A stretch of 63,858 nucleotides of DNA, counting the filler, from Octopus bimaculoides (taxonomy: Eukaryota), in NCBI RefSeq assembly GCF_001194135.2. It is 9 parts of 7 records of this genome, joined end to end, with 100 filler letters (N's around TTAATTAATTAA, not from the genome) between each part and the next. Parts side by side here need not be neighbours in the genome. Positions count along the whole stretch, not along the records: positions 1 to 4,539 come from NC_068981.1; positions 4,640 to 7,713 come from NC_068989.1; positions 7,814 to 22,074 come from NC_068993.1; 6 more parts are not named here. The stretch is one strand, 5' to 3'. Below are positions 1 through 11,460 of the stretch, piece after piece. The notes below the pieces were generated by a model, which saw nothing but the letters and a program-made list of their open reading frames with translations, did not search any database and had not been told where the DNA came from. Positions within the stretch are counted from its first letter, which is position 1, and every line of letters begins with the position of its first letter. The position numbers and the translations under genes are program-made.

Positions 1-47
<47 letters not shown>

Positions 48-74
48 CAGACAGATAGACACTGATAGATAGAC

Positions 75-106
<32 letters not shown>
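1..106. repeat. (GATA)n/(GACA)n/(CATA)n/(TA)n compound microsatellite
   Basis: Direct tandem tetranucleotide and dinucleotide repeats. Confidence 0.95.
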
Positions 107-107
<1 letters not shown>

Positions 108-500
108 AAGTGCATTCCAGAAGTATTGAGACCTTTTCAGAAGAGACATTCATTAGTTTCAAACTAGCACAAAATTCTAACCTCCTACAAAGTACATCTC
201 TCTGATTTCAATACACTGGTAGCGCTCCGCCACTTTTTTGAGGGTTCCATCAAAGTCTTCCAAAGTGAGGGTGTCCATGACCCTCGTCACAGTCTCCTAA
301 ATCTTTTGTATCTTGAAGAACAACCAAAGGTCCAATGGTGCAAGGTTTGGATTGTAGGGCGGGTGAGGGACAGTTTTTGATACCCATTTTTCTCATGCAG
401 TCAGTTGTGAGGGTGAAATTGTGAACTGGTGTATTGTCCTGCTGCATTGTCTTGGAGCTGCTGAATTGTCTTCATGCCCCGACGGCATTCTGCAAAGTAA
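105..500 (-). mobile_element. Decayed mariner (DD34D-type) transposase C-terminus and right end
   Basis: Minus-strand QQDNTPVHN..MGIK and ETVTRVMDTLTLEDFDGTLKKVAERYQCIE resemble the mariner QDNAPVH..KMGIKTVPHPPYSPDLAP..EAVTKVIDTLTQEDF region. TIR-like sequence at about 105-135; frameshifted. Confidence 0.75.
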
Positions 501-627
501 ACCAATCAGCTGTGAAAAGAAGTGTTACCTAAGACGTGCCCAAAATGCCGTGACAGCTGTCTCTTTAAATCTGAAATAACAAACTGTCAGGTCAAATTAT
601 TAGAGGGACAAATTTTGCACTAATGAC

Positions 628-815
628 CATATGATTGTGGTCCCGATTCCAGAATCGAGCGATGCATTGTGTTCTTGAGTAAAACACTTCTCCCCTTGTT
701 GCTCCGATCCATTCAGCTGGCAAAAACGAGTAACCCTGCAACTTACCAGTGTCCCGTCCTGGGGTGAATATTTACGCCACGGAATCCAGGTAAATGCCCT
801 GGTGAGTTTCCAACT
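628..815 (+). mobile_element. Decayed tRNA-derived SINE fragment
   Basis: B-box-like GTCCCGATTCC followed by GTGTTCTTGAGTAAAACACTT, a segment typical of SINE central domains. Confidence 0.4.
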
Positions 816-1738
816 TGAGGTGGCTTTTTTCGGTTAATGCTACATGAGAAAATAACATTTCCTATAATTGATCATACGAATTTATCGTGAAATCTGCAGG
901 TTTCTCTGATGAATAAATAAATGGTAAACAGTTACACCCAACGGCACATAACATATATTGAATAATCTAACCGGAGTATCTGCTACCTGAGAGAGCACAA
1001 AAACTAACTGTATATATAGTTATGGCTGTGCTCATTGCGCGTGTGATATATTAATCATAAACACTGTGTGGAAGTATGAAGTATCTTCAAAGGAGTTCAT
1101 TAATGCAATGAGTTGGTTTTACGATGTAATTGTTTAAATTTTAGAATAGAAAACAAATGGAGACTAAGAGATGGAAAACAAAAGACGAAAGAGCAAGTAT
1201 ATAACGAAAAAGAACTTTTTTTATAGAAATGCATAGAGTAGTAAGACTCTGTAGAAAGAGTGAGAGAGAGTTGATTTAATTGATGCTATAAGCAAGAGAA
1301 TGTAAAACAAAGAAAGTAATGATTGTTCAGATAGCGAGCCATGGATAGGAGTGGGTTAATCAAATTAATGAGTGATTGCTATTTACGAAACCAGTTCATG
1401 TGTACGTCAACTATAGTCTATTAGAAAATGTAAAATTAATTATAAATTTCAATAGCCAATTCAGTTTGTTGTAAGAAGTTAAAATAAAGGTAGAGGTTAC
1501 TTATCGTAATTAAATAAGGCAGTTACATTACTAGGCTTGGAAACTGTTAAATAAATATAAATCTATTATGATCACTTGTATTAAGAACTATGCAAGTTTA
1601 CTTTAGTGTAGGCGTGATGTTACTATATCTACGGCTTTTATGACGTTATGCGAGTAGGACGCTGTAGCTTGGAAACATTAGAAATGCAAATTTTAGTAAT
1701 GTTCATAAAGAGTAAGGAGGAAGATGCTAAAAGCATTA

Positions 1739-1790
1739 TACAGGGTGATTCAAAAGTCGCTATACATAAGAAAAATTTATCTTTTTTATA
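1739..1790 (+). mobile_element. Tc1/mariner-like TIR, single end
   Basis: TA + CAGGGTGATTCAAAAGTC start; no matching opposite TIR seen. Confidence 0.35.
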
Positions 1791-2332
1791 AGAAACATTT
1801 TATAAGAGCGGTTTTTGATTTTATTTAACAGGCTCTGTATGGTTACCATTGTTTTGAATATACATTACAATACGTTAAACGCACTCATTGTGAACTCGTA
1901 ATAGCACCGCTCGTTATACGTGTGCAAAGGAGTTATATATATATAAAATCAAAATATATATAAAATGAAAATAAGCAACAAGGATATCCAAAGTTAATAC
2001 GGTACAATCGTTTCATGCGACTCCATTTATCTAAGCAATGTGAACATTACGTCAAATGTAAAGTGCAGAGCAATCCTGCAAATGACATCGTTTGGTGCAT
2101 CTAAGAAGATAGATAAGCATGAATATATATATATNNNNNNNNNNNNNNNNNNNNNNNNNNNNNNNNNNNNNNNNNNNNNNNNNNNNNNNNNNNNNNNNNN
2201 NNNNNNNNNNNNNNNNNNNNNNNNNNNNNNNNNNNNNNNNNNNNNNNNNNNNNNNNNNNNNNNNNNNNNNNNNNNNNNNNNNNNNNNNNNNNNNNNNNNN
2301 NNNNNNNNNNNNNTATATATATACGTATACAT

Positions 2333-2495
2333 ACGACAGACTTCTTTCAGTTTCTGTTTACCAAATCCACTCACAGAGATTTGGTCGACCTGAGGATATA
2401 GCAGAAGATGCTTGCCCAAGGTACAACGCAGTGGGAGTGAATCCAGAGCTGTATGGTCAAGAAGCAAGCTTCTTACCACAGAGCCACGCCTGCGC
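2333..2495 (-). mobile_element. SINE family A, 5' half (tRNA head + CORE-like TTGGGCAAG segment)
   Basis: Reverse complement reads GGCGTGGCTCTGTGGTAAGAAGCTTGCT..CCTTGGGCAAGCATCTTCTGCTATA..GGATTTGGTAACAGAAACTGAAAGAAG; the same family recurs throughout the window. Confidence 0.85.
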
Positions 2496-2508
2496 TTCTA
2501 TATATATA

Positions 2509-3480
2509 GTACCAGAGACGCCAGGCATTGCTCGGGATTAAAATAACACTGTTTGTATATAATATATTACAGTTATGTTGAAACAGGTGATATGGGAAAG
2601 TGCAGCACTGAAAACAAAACAGTTGTGGAGTAAATGATGGGCTAACTCGAATAAGCAACATGCTATGCGTCTGTTTGGCGTATTTCAGGTCCTAACCTGT
2701 GGGGTTTATGTGATTTTTGAACGCACCGAGAAGTTGTCAGTGGCTATATTCTCTTTTTCAGCAGTCGGCACCGTGTCAACACGACCCACCACCTGAAATG
2801 TTGATACCTCCTTCGGTAAATTACTCCTTAAGTACCACAGTTCCTTCACTGTAATTGTTCATTAGTGGGTAACAGGGATCTAATGAAGTGATAGACTTGC
2901 TCTTGAACTTTGACGTCATCGTAAATTCATGCTTATCTATCTTAGATGCACCAAATGATGTCGTTTGCAGAGTTGTATTGTCTGATATTGTTCAGAAAAT
3001 CCTTTGACTGGGTGGAGGTGCCTTCTAGAAGATCCATAGGAGGTTGAGAAGGAGCTGGTAGTGGTGGCAATGTTACCTGACCACCTGATTAGCACATTCT
3101 ATTTGTTTCATTTGAAAATTTGAAAGCTCTACAGAAAAGACAATTTGTGTTTAGCACACCAATTTGGACAGAGTTATTATTTTTATAAGAATGGGATGGA
3201 TCATATCTGAAAACAGCTTTCGGAGTTGTGAAGAACAAATTTGTACGTGGTCTGTTTCTGAGAGCTATCCTATTGGACCTCTATCTAATCATTAAATCAT
3301 TGATTTAATGATCCAGCATTAAGTGCTGCAACATGCATTTGTAGATCTTTAGAAAATCTTATCTCGCTTCTCTGTTCAGACTCTCGTCTTCAGTTATCTA
3401 CAACCCTCTTTGCTTTATATTTGTTCCTGGAGAGATTACGTCTTTTCTATAGTGGCATATTTTTCCTAATATTGTAAACA
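2509..3480 (-). mobile_element. Internally deleted Helitron remnant
   Basis: Minus-strand peptides SNETNRMC..GQVTLPPLP..DFLNNIRQYNS..MTSFGASKIDKHE..KVQEQVYH match the Helitron Rep/Hel N-terminal region. These are followed by HVAYSRVSPS (helicase motif VI-like) and a 3' end CCCGAGCAATGCCTGGCGTCTCTGGTA. Confidence 0.75.
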
Positions 3481-3642
3481 AAAAATCATGAACAGAAAGA
3501 AATTATACATTAATCCCTATTTTTGTAAGCAGTTGTATCTGTAAAAATTTTATTTGAAGAGAACAGAAATTGAAAGAACATAAATCGAAAAGAACAGAGA
3601 AAAAAAGTGAAAGATGTATGTACGTCTATATGAAATGGACGC

Positions 3643-3645
<3 letters not shown>

Positions 3646-3722
<77 letters not shown>
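3646..3722. repeat. (GT)n microsatellite
   Basis: Perfect dinucleotide run. Confidence 0.95.
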
Positions 3723-3724
<2 letters not shown>

Positions 3725-4539
3725 ACGTGTGTGTGTTTGAGTGTGCGTGCGTGCTTGCGCGTATGTATATGAGAGAGAAAGAGGGTGAGAAAGAGAGATA
3801 GAGTGAGTGAGTGAAGTTGCGTGTCGTGATGATTGACGTATTTTAAGGTACACACATATAGAAAATGTGACGTTATCGTATAAAATTATTACGATACTTG
3901 ATTTATGGAAACGATTATATTAAATTTATGAAATGCAGATATGTGAATGAAAATTAATTTTAATTTGTAGCCAAAATAGTACTGAATCTTTTGATACCCC
4001 ATACGTCAAAATCTGTAACACGGTTTTGGAAAGCATAAGGAATATATAATATCATTGAGGCAAACTTTTATATGGTAGTTAGACCTGGTAGAAATAGCAA
4101 CCAAATCTCCCTCAAAACAACATAATGTCATAATCCGACATTTCTGCCTATCAGGTAGTTTGAATGAGAAACTGTAACTAAAGATTAAGATTATTAACCC
4201 CACGGTGAGAGGAAAGTAGAGAGACAGCATAGCGACGGTTTTGGCTGACTGTCATCCTGTGCACCCCTTGTTGTTAGCGAAATAGCATGTGCCGGCTGTC
4301 TGAGCAACTGCTTGTTTTAATGGCGGAACAAACAGGACATAAAGATAATACAAAAATAGCGACTCTCACTTTGAAAGTAACGATTTGGAAAATCTTTTTT
4401 AATTTACGGAACGCCCCGTTCTTTCATGCATCCATGTTTAAAATTTCAACGCGATTGGATGAACAATACTCGAGTTATAAGCGCACAGACAGACAGACAG
4501 ACAGACAGACAGATAGATAGATAGATAAATAGATAGATA

Positions 4540-4639
4540 NNNNNNNNNNNNNNNNNNNNNNNNNNNNNNNNNNNNNNNNNNNNTTAATTAATTAANNNNN
4601 NNNNNNNNNNNNNNNNNNNNNNNNNNNNNNNNNNNNNNN
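4540..4639. other. Artificial scaffold-joining spacer (N44-TTAATTAATTAA-N44); also at 7714, 22075, 28190, 40192, 48243, 54342 and 62672
   Basis: The identical 100-nt structure occurs eight times; the 12-mer gives stops in all six frames. Confidence 0.95.
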
Positions 4640-5000
4640 ATATATTAAAGTTACTATTGAGGCCAATGATAGAAATCTCGGCAACTTAAGAATTAAGGCA
4701 GCTTTGATTATCTACAAATTAAACCCACAAATAAATAATAGATTGGAACTGGGCACGCAATACATAACATGACATGCACACACACAGGCACATTTGCTAC
4801 ATATTAGAAAAGAAGTGATGAAAATTGATTTGTGGAGCGATAAGTTAATAATTGACACCACTAACAATCACGAAGAAGAGAAACACTTGAAAATTCAAAT
4901 ATAATCATAGAATTATTTTATCTCCAACAAAAAACAACTTTCCAAGAACAGTTCCTTTTTAAGCCTGAAGAAGGGAGTTGTATGTCCCGAAATATTGGAT
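4640..5000 (+). mobile_element. Penelope-like element 3' end (GIY-YIG C-terminus + 3' repeat)
   Basis: IEANDRNLGNLRIKAALIIYKLNPQINNRLELGTQYIT* resembles PLE endonuclease C-termini; a hammerhead-like core lies downstream. Confidence 0.65.
4961..4999 (+). ncRNA. Minimal hammerhead ribozyme-like motif, degenerate helix I
   Basis: CTGAAGA-A-GGGA(gttgtatg)TCCC-GAAA-TA-TT; helix I pairs poorly. Confidence 0.5.
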
Positions 5001-6004
5001 ACATATACGACCAAAGATTACCAGGTANNNNNNNNNNGATAGATAGATAGATAGATAGATAGATAGGTATTCCTTTACTCTTTTCTGTCTGTCTCTGTCT
5101 ACCTCTTTCACATGCACACACACGCACACACACACACACACACATACATACACGTTTCATGTGATACATCACGCGTTTGCACTGGTTGAACCAGACAACT
5201 GTCTAATTTGGCCCCCATTCATTCTTACTCCGTGTCTAAACACCCCTAACCCTGCCACACCGCTCCCTCTGCCACCCACACATCCCCCATCCACACCACC
5301 ACCACCATATTCACACGCAAATACGCATATGTCCTCATACAAACACAAGTGCCTTTCTATATCGACATAAAGTGAGAGCGATAGAGAGAAAGAAGAGAGG
5401 AGAGGGAGGGAGGGAGGGAAGAGAGGGAGGGAGGGATGGAGGGATGGAGGGGGAGGGAGGCCAAGCTTATACAAAACGTACAGAAAACCCATTTCTGGAG
5501 GCATTTACTTGACGAAACAGAATATCTACAAGAGTGACTCTCACACTCATAGTTTACACTCACACTCACACTCCACCTTTGGATTTGTTCTCCATTCTTT
5601 TACTGGTTAGATTAAGGCCATGCTGGGGCATTGTCTCCAAGTGTTTCAGTCGATTATATCGAACCCGTTATTTTCTTACGCCTGCCATCTTTTTATCGAT
5701 CTCTATTTGTCTAACCGGTATGTGATGAATACATATTTATATTGGCATTTATGGATTCTAGCGTCCATACATTATATGTATGACTATAGTTATATGTGTG
5801 TTTGAATGTGTGAACATGTGTACATGTATATATGTATGTATACACATGCGCACACACATATATAATATCATGTATAAACATATATAGTCCGGTACCTCAA
5901 TGTAAGTACCCTCTACTCTCCTATGATTCTGCAAAATAACCAACGTCCGAAGCGTTATAACAATTATTTCTTTCCATTTCTCTGAGAATCAAGCTAATAA
6001 TATT

Positions 6005-6216
6005 CTTGTCTACTCTAAGCAGAAGGCCCGAAATTTTGGGGGAGGGACCAGTCGATTAGATTGACTCCGGTATGCAACTGGTACTTAATTTATCGACCAG
6101 AGAAGGACTAAACGCAAAGTCGACCTCGGCGGAATTTGAACTCAGAACATAAAGACAAACGAAATACCGCTAAGCATTTCGCCCGGCGTGCTAGCGTTTC
6201 TGCCAGCTCGCCGCCT
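6005..6216 (-). mobile_element. Full-length tRNA-derived SINE family C with 16-bp TSD
   Basis: Head AGGCGGCGAGCTGGCAGAA, B-box GAGTTCAAATTCC. TSD TCAAGCTAATAATATT at 5989-6004 and 6217-6232. Confidence 0.9.
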
Positions 6217-6699
6217 TCAAGCTAATAATATTACTTGTAAACTAATGTTGTCTCGTCTTCTTTTTTCATAGTTGTTTGTTTTATACCATACGTACGTAGA
6301 ATACTACACATAAAAATTGCCAATTTACAGTTTCCATTCGGGATAGGATCAGCAAAACAAGCACGCCATCCAGTGAGAGATGAATATCATTTAATCATTT
6401 AATATAAACAATTACAAAACAGTTTCTAATAGTTTCATGCCTTAATATACATTAAATTGGCTCACTTATATAACATGGCGTGCAATCCAAGCAATCTCTC
6501 TGACTCAATACATGTTGTCACAGCATTACGGCATGTTATATAAATCTATCAATTTAATATGTCGCAAGGCACAAACTATTAATAGTTCTTTTGTAATTGT
6601 GTATATTAAATGCTAGGCAATATGTTATACATGTATGTATGTACGTATATATGTGTNNNNNNNNNNGTGTGTGTGTGTGTGTGTGTGTGTATGTTTGTG

Positions 6700-6900
6700 T
6701 GTATGTTTGTGTGTCTGTGTTTTCCCCGACACCATCTCTTGACCACCGATGTTGCTGTGTTTACGTCCCTCTAACGTAACGGTACGGCAAAGAGACCGAT
6801 AGAATAAGTACTAGGCTTACAACGAATAAGTCCTGGCGTCGATTTGCTCGACTAAAGGGCGGTGCTCCAGCATGGTCGCAGTCTAAGAATGAAAGAATAT
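6700..6900 (+). mobile_element. SINE family A, 3' half
   Basis: GACCGATAGAATAAGTACTAGGCTTAC..GGCGGTGCTCCAGCATGGTCGCAGTC, shared with the copies at 36.6, 43.4 and 47 kb. Confidence 0.85.
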
Positions 6901-6924
6901 ATATCCACGTGTAACTATAAGCTC

Positions 6925-7250
6925 CAAGGATCTAAGTGTAGGAAGTTAGTAAGCTTCGAGCTGTCAGTACTAAATATAAGAAAACAACTTTTAGGAACAA
7001 TAATAGTTTATTGGCGTAGAAGGTTGTAGGTTTTTCCCATGTTGAAGTTTGATAATCTGAAAGAAAGTTTTTTTTTTATAGTTCACAGTTAGCATCTAGA
7101 GGTGGTATCGATGGAAATAAAAATCTTAATTGAAGGAATAAAGTAGGTAAAATCCAGGCTACATATGTTTCCTATCTAGCAGCACTTTGGAAGTAATAAT
7201 TAGTCAACGGGGGTACTCCACTAGCTACCCATCCAGCCGACGATACTGTG
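6925..7250 (-). mobile_element. Dispersed repeat carrying a decayed long-helix-II hammerhead (paralogue of 18460-18780)
   Basis: Colinear similarity to 18.46-18.78 kb (GGAAGTTAGTAAGCTTC..GGTAAAATCCAGG.TACATATGTTTCC). Confidence 0.75.
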
Positions 7251-8224
7251 ATAAACTTGGGCCTTTAACGACAATGTAACCTTCATTTAACTAAGGTATG
7301 TTTGGCCTGATGAATAGCAACTGGAGAACCCCTCGTTGAGTAATTATAATGTTGAGTAATCGAAACATATGTAGCGTGGATTTTACCCGCTCTACTCCTT
7401 CGATTTGGATATATATATACACCTACACATACGTACATATATATTGCGCGCGATAATGTATTTGTAAAAAGCTGATGAATCACTCCGTTGCCTGTACGAC
7501 CGCACGTGGCAGGGAAACTCTGATCAGCAATGGTGTGGGTTATTAGCTGTTTCCTTGACGGAGAGACAAACAGACAGTCAAATACATAGAGTGACAGACA
7601 GATATAGATATATATATATATAGATAGATAGATAGATAGATAGACAGATAGACAAACATGCAAAGATAGATAGATAGACAGATAGATAGATAGATAGATA
7701 TTTATATTTATATNNNNNNNNNNNNNNNNNNNNNNNNNNNNNNNNNNNNNNNNNNNNTTAATTAATTAANNNNNNNNNNNNNNNNNNNNNNNNNNNNNNN
7801 NNNNNNNNNNNNNTGGGTGGAGGTGGAGACGAGGGTGGAATTTTGTAAGAGTTGTTAAATGAAATGCAATGGCATAGACCCCTATCCTTTTATTGCTTTA
7901 ATTGTTATTGATAAAGGGATTGGAGGGGGGGGGGCAGGGCCCTGTTGCTTATCTTTTTTGATGGGTGATGGTGGATTATGGAGTTGTGAAGGATGGTGCT
8001 AGGAATCCCCCTGGCATGGCATACATACATGCATGCAAACATGCATACATACATGCATGCATCCATTCATGCATACATACATCCACATGTACACATTGAC
8101 ATGATTATGAGCTCATACCCATGCAGGCATACACACACACACACATTTATAAATACATGTNNNNNNNNNNCAGTATGAGATAACAATCCATGGCTGTGAA
8201 AGATTTCGGAACATTTATAAATAG

Positions 8225-8270
8225 GTCTTACAGCTGTTTCTGGGATATTTTATATCCCTTCATCGGGGAC
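8225..8270 (-). ncRNA. Type I hammerhead ribozyme motif
   Basis: gtcc-CCGATGA-A-GGGATAT(aaa)ATATCCC-A-GAAA-CAGCTG-TA-agac; one mismatch in helix I. Confidence 0.75.
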
Positions 8271-8744
8271 GGTGTGAGAAAAAGTTTAAGCAATAGTTAT
8301 TTTAGATAAGATATAAAATAGAGAATGAAGTGGAGGAATGAAAATAGTTGTCAGATATGCAGGGATATTGCATATGTAAATCCATTATTTAGGCAGAATG
8401 TTATACATATAAGATTCCAATAACTTGCGAGTAAAATCCAATAGTATTTAAAATTGGTCATTCCAAGTATAGAGTTTGTACACAGTGTTATTTTAGGTCA
8501 CTTTAAGTAAAACTCTCGATTCAATAACACTGTGTATAAACTCTATACTCGGAATGACTAATTTTTGATACTATTGGATCTTGCTCACACGGTATTGGAA
8601 TCTTATATGTATACCATTCTGCCTAAATAATGGATCTACAGATGCAATATCCCTGCATATCTCGCGTTTATTTTCATTCCTCCACTTCACTCTCTATTTC
8701 TTATCTTATCTCAAATAACTATTGCATAACCTTTTTCTCACAGC

Positions 8745-8792
8745 ATCTCCAATGAAGGGATATACAAAATATCTCGGAAACAGCTGTAAGAC
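8745..8792 (+). ncRNA. Type I hammerhead motif with core mutation (CCAATGA, G5A)
   Basis: atct-CCAATGA-A-GGGATAT(acaaa)ATATCTC-G-GAAA-CAGCTG-TA-agac; probably inactive. Confidence 0.6.
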
Positions 8793-8856
8793 CTTCTATT
8801 TATAAATGTTCTGAAATCTTTCACGTCCTTGGATTTTTATCTCATTCTGAAAATTT

Positions 8857-8892
<36 letters not shown>

Positions 8893-8954
8893 CATATATT
8901 TATATATATATATGTACATACTCACATATATATATATATCTATATATATGTAAA

Positions 8955-9230
8955 TCATCATGACCATCATCATTTAACATCTGTTTTCCATGCTGGCCTG
9001 GATTGGATGATTTGACAGGAACTGGCAAGCCTGGAGACTCTGCCAAGTTCTACTCTCTGCTTTGGCATAGTTTCTACAGCTGGATGCCCTTCCTAATGCC
9101 AACCACTTTATAGAGTGTAGTGAGTGTTTTCCTATGTGGCACCAGCAGGAAACAGTGAGGTCATCATGTAGCCTACAAGAGAAGACTGCCCCACCCTTGA
9201 CTGAGAGGGGATGTAGTATTGAGGGAGGTG
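8955..9230 (-). mobile_element. Family B repeat (tail ending in (GAT)n), decayed
   Basis: Reverse complement contains GGTTGGCATTAGGAAGGGCATCCAGCTGTAGAAAC..CCAGCATGGAAAACAGATGTTAAATGATGATG. Confidence 0.75.
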
Positions 9231-9435
9231 CTAGGTAATGCAAGGTTAGAATATGAATGGAGGGACAGAAATAGGTGCTACTTCAGTAGGGGAAAGAGAC
9301 AAGGGGAAGGAAAGAAGATGGGGAAGATGTGACAAAGGATACACTCAAGTTATAAGGAAGTGTATATAAGTGGAGCAGGGCCAAGGATTGGATGGATAGA
9401 CACCTGGAATCCCATTGGTTATGAAGACAAGGATC

Positions 9436-9570
9436 TATGGAACAGCTGCTTCATGAAATTAATGTGCAAGTGGCTGAGCACTCCACTGACACATGTACCC
9501 TTAATGTAGTTCTCAGGGAGATTCAGTGTGACATGGAATGTGACAAGGCTGGTCCTTTGAAATACAGGTA
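9436..9570 (-). mobile_element. SINE family D fragment
   Basis: Similar to the internal part of 19389-19774 (GTGCAAGTGGCTGAGCACTCCAC). Confidence 0.75.
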
Positions 9571-9602
9571 CAACTCATTTTTGTCAACTGAGTGGACTGG
9601 AG

Positions 9603-10339
9603 CAAGGGTTCTCCACAATTTTGCATCTATGGTCCTCTTTGAACCCTATTTTATTCTGGTGGACCCCCATAGCCATTCGATGTTTAAAAACTAGTTTTAT
9701 GGCAGCTCCTTTCAAAATTCTTTTTTTGTTTTTCACATATGAAGTTGTGTAGGTTGAACTATGTAAGATTTTAGAGAAAGAAACTTAGCTGTTTTATGCA
9801 ATACATACCAATACATACATCGAAAGCAACGTTTTTTTTTAGGGGCCCTTAGGATACTTTTGTAGATCCCCAATTTACTATTTTGTTGTGTGGACCTCCA
9901 AAAATTTTAATGAGTGCTCTGNNNNNNNNNNCGTGTGGATCCTGATTGAGAACCACTGGTTTACATTCTGAAACATTTTTTTTATCTATGGACCCCTTTG
10001 ATCACTATTCTTTTCTGGTGAACTCCCATTGCCATTCAATGTTTAAGAACTGGTTTTATAGAAATGTCTTTGAAAATTCCTTTGTTTCTCACAGGTTCGG
10101 TGATTATGCGAATAAGGAGTCCAACGTAGGTCATATGTGTAGGTTGAACTACCTAAGATGTTAGGGTAAGAAACCTAGCTATTTCTTGCAATACATACCA
10201 ATACATACATCTGAAGTAACATTTTTCAGGGGTCCTTGAAACACTATTGCGAATCCCCAATTTACTATTTTGTTGCATGAACCCCAAATATTTTATATGG
10301 ACCCTCAGGGGCCACATGGACCCTGATTGAGAACCAGTG
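9603..10339. mobile_element. hAT-type MITE, two tandem diverged units inside one 8-bp TSD
   Basis: Left TIR CAAGGGTTCTC at 9603; right TIRs GAGAACCACTG (ends 9958) and GAGAACCAGTG (ends 10339). TSD GACTGGAG (9595-9602) / GACTAGAG (10340-10347). Confidence 0.75.
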
Positions 10340-10869
10340 GACTAGAGCAACATGAATAAAGTGCTTTGCCCGGGAATAGAAACTATGACTTTACAATCAT
10401 GAGCTGAGTACCTCAACCACAAAGCCATACACCTTCAGGGTGGACACATACATATAACTATACACACACACACACACACACGCATGTTCACAAAAAATGC
10501 ACATATACATGCACATACATGTATTGCATGCATAATTGTACAAGTTTCTAGGTCAAAGTATATCAATGTATGCATGTGTGTATGTGAGTGTATATATGTA
10601 TATATATGTTTTGTCCCATCCAAGCCAGCAGGGAAGGCAGATGTTAAATGATGATAATGATGATGATGATGTACATGACACTTTACGTATTCATTTGCAC
10701 ATGTATATGGAATGTTATGTGCAGGAATTTTTCTATGTAAATGTACATGTATGGATGTATGCGTGCGTGTCTACTAGTGAATATGTATGTACATGTGTGT
10801 CTTAATATGTATATGATTATGCATCTGTATGTGTGCCTACATTTCTCTCTCTCTCCTTCTCTGTCTGTC

Positions 10870-10893
10870 TTTGTCTGTCTGTCTGTCACTCTC

Positions 10894-10930
<37 letters not shown>

Positions 10931-11252
10931 GCACACATACGTGCATATATATAATTATATATATATATATACATATATATACATATGATACAGATATATA
11001 TATATATATATATATATACATATGTAGTATGTATATATATATATATATACATACAACATACATACACACACAAATATATACATATAGTATCTCTCTCTAT
11101 ACATGTATATATATGAATATATTATACATTACATATAAATGCGTGTGTATATATAATATATATGTGTGCATAATATGTATGTATATAAATGTGCGTGTAT
11201 GTTTATGTATGTGCATGTGTGTTTATATGTGTGTGTGTGTGTGTGTGTGTGT
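10870..11252. repeat. (TA)n/(CA)n compound microsatellite field
   Basis: Direct inspection; source of the spurious YI-rich ORFs. Confidence 0.9.
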
Positions 11253-11259
11253 AAGACAT

Positions 11260-11460
11260 TGGTCTCCAGCAGCAATATTTGTCATCATTCACTCCTCACT
11301 GTTCTGTTCTGGTGAATCATACGGCAACATTTTGCAAGTTTCCGCTTGGTTAACCCAGCAATGGGCACATTCTCAGAATTACTTCTTCAACAGTCTTCAA
11401 CAGCTTCCATGGGTTCCAATTAATACCATTTCTAACAATGTCAAACAGGATCAGCTCACT
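11260..11460 (-). mobile_element. Possible old mariner transposase fragment
   Basis: Minus frame KK*F*ECAHCWVNQAETCKM..MMTNIAAGDQ loosely resembles KKVSARWVPHLLT..FLSNIITGDE. Confidence 0.35.

Larger units (their letters stand above)
8171..8849. mobile_element. Head-to-head inverted duplication of a PLE-like 3' end (arms 8171-8492 and 8523-8849)
   Basis: The arms are reverse complements with scattered mismatches and a roughly 30-nt spacer; each arm has a hammerhead motif. Confidence 0.85.
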
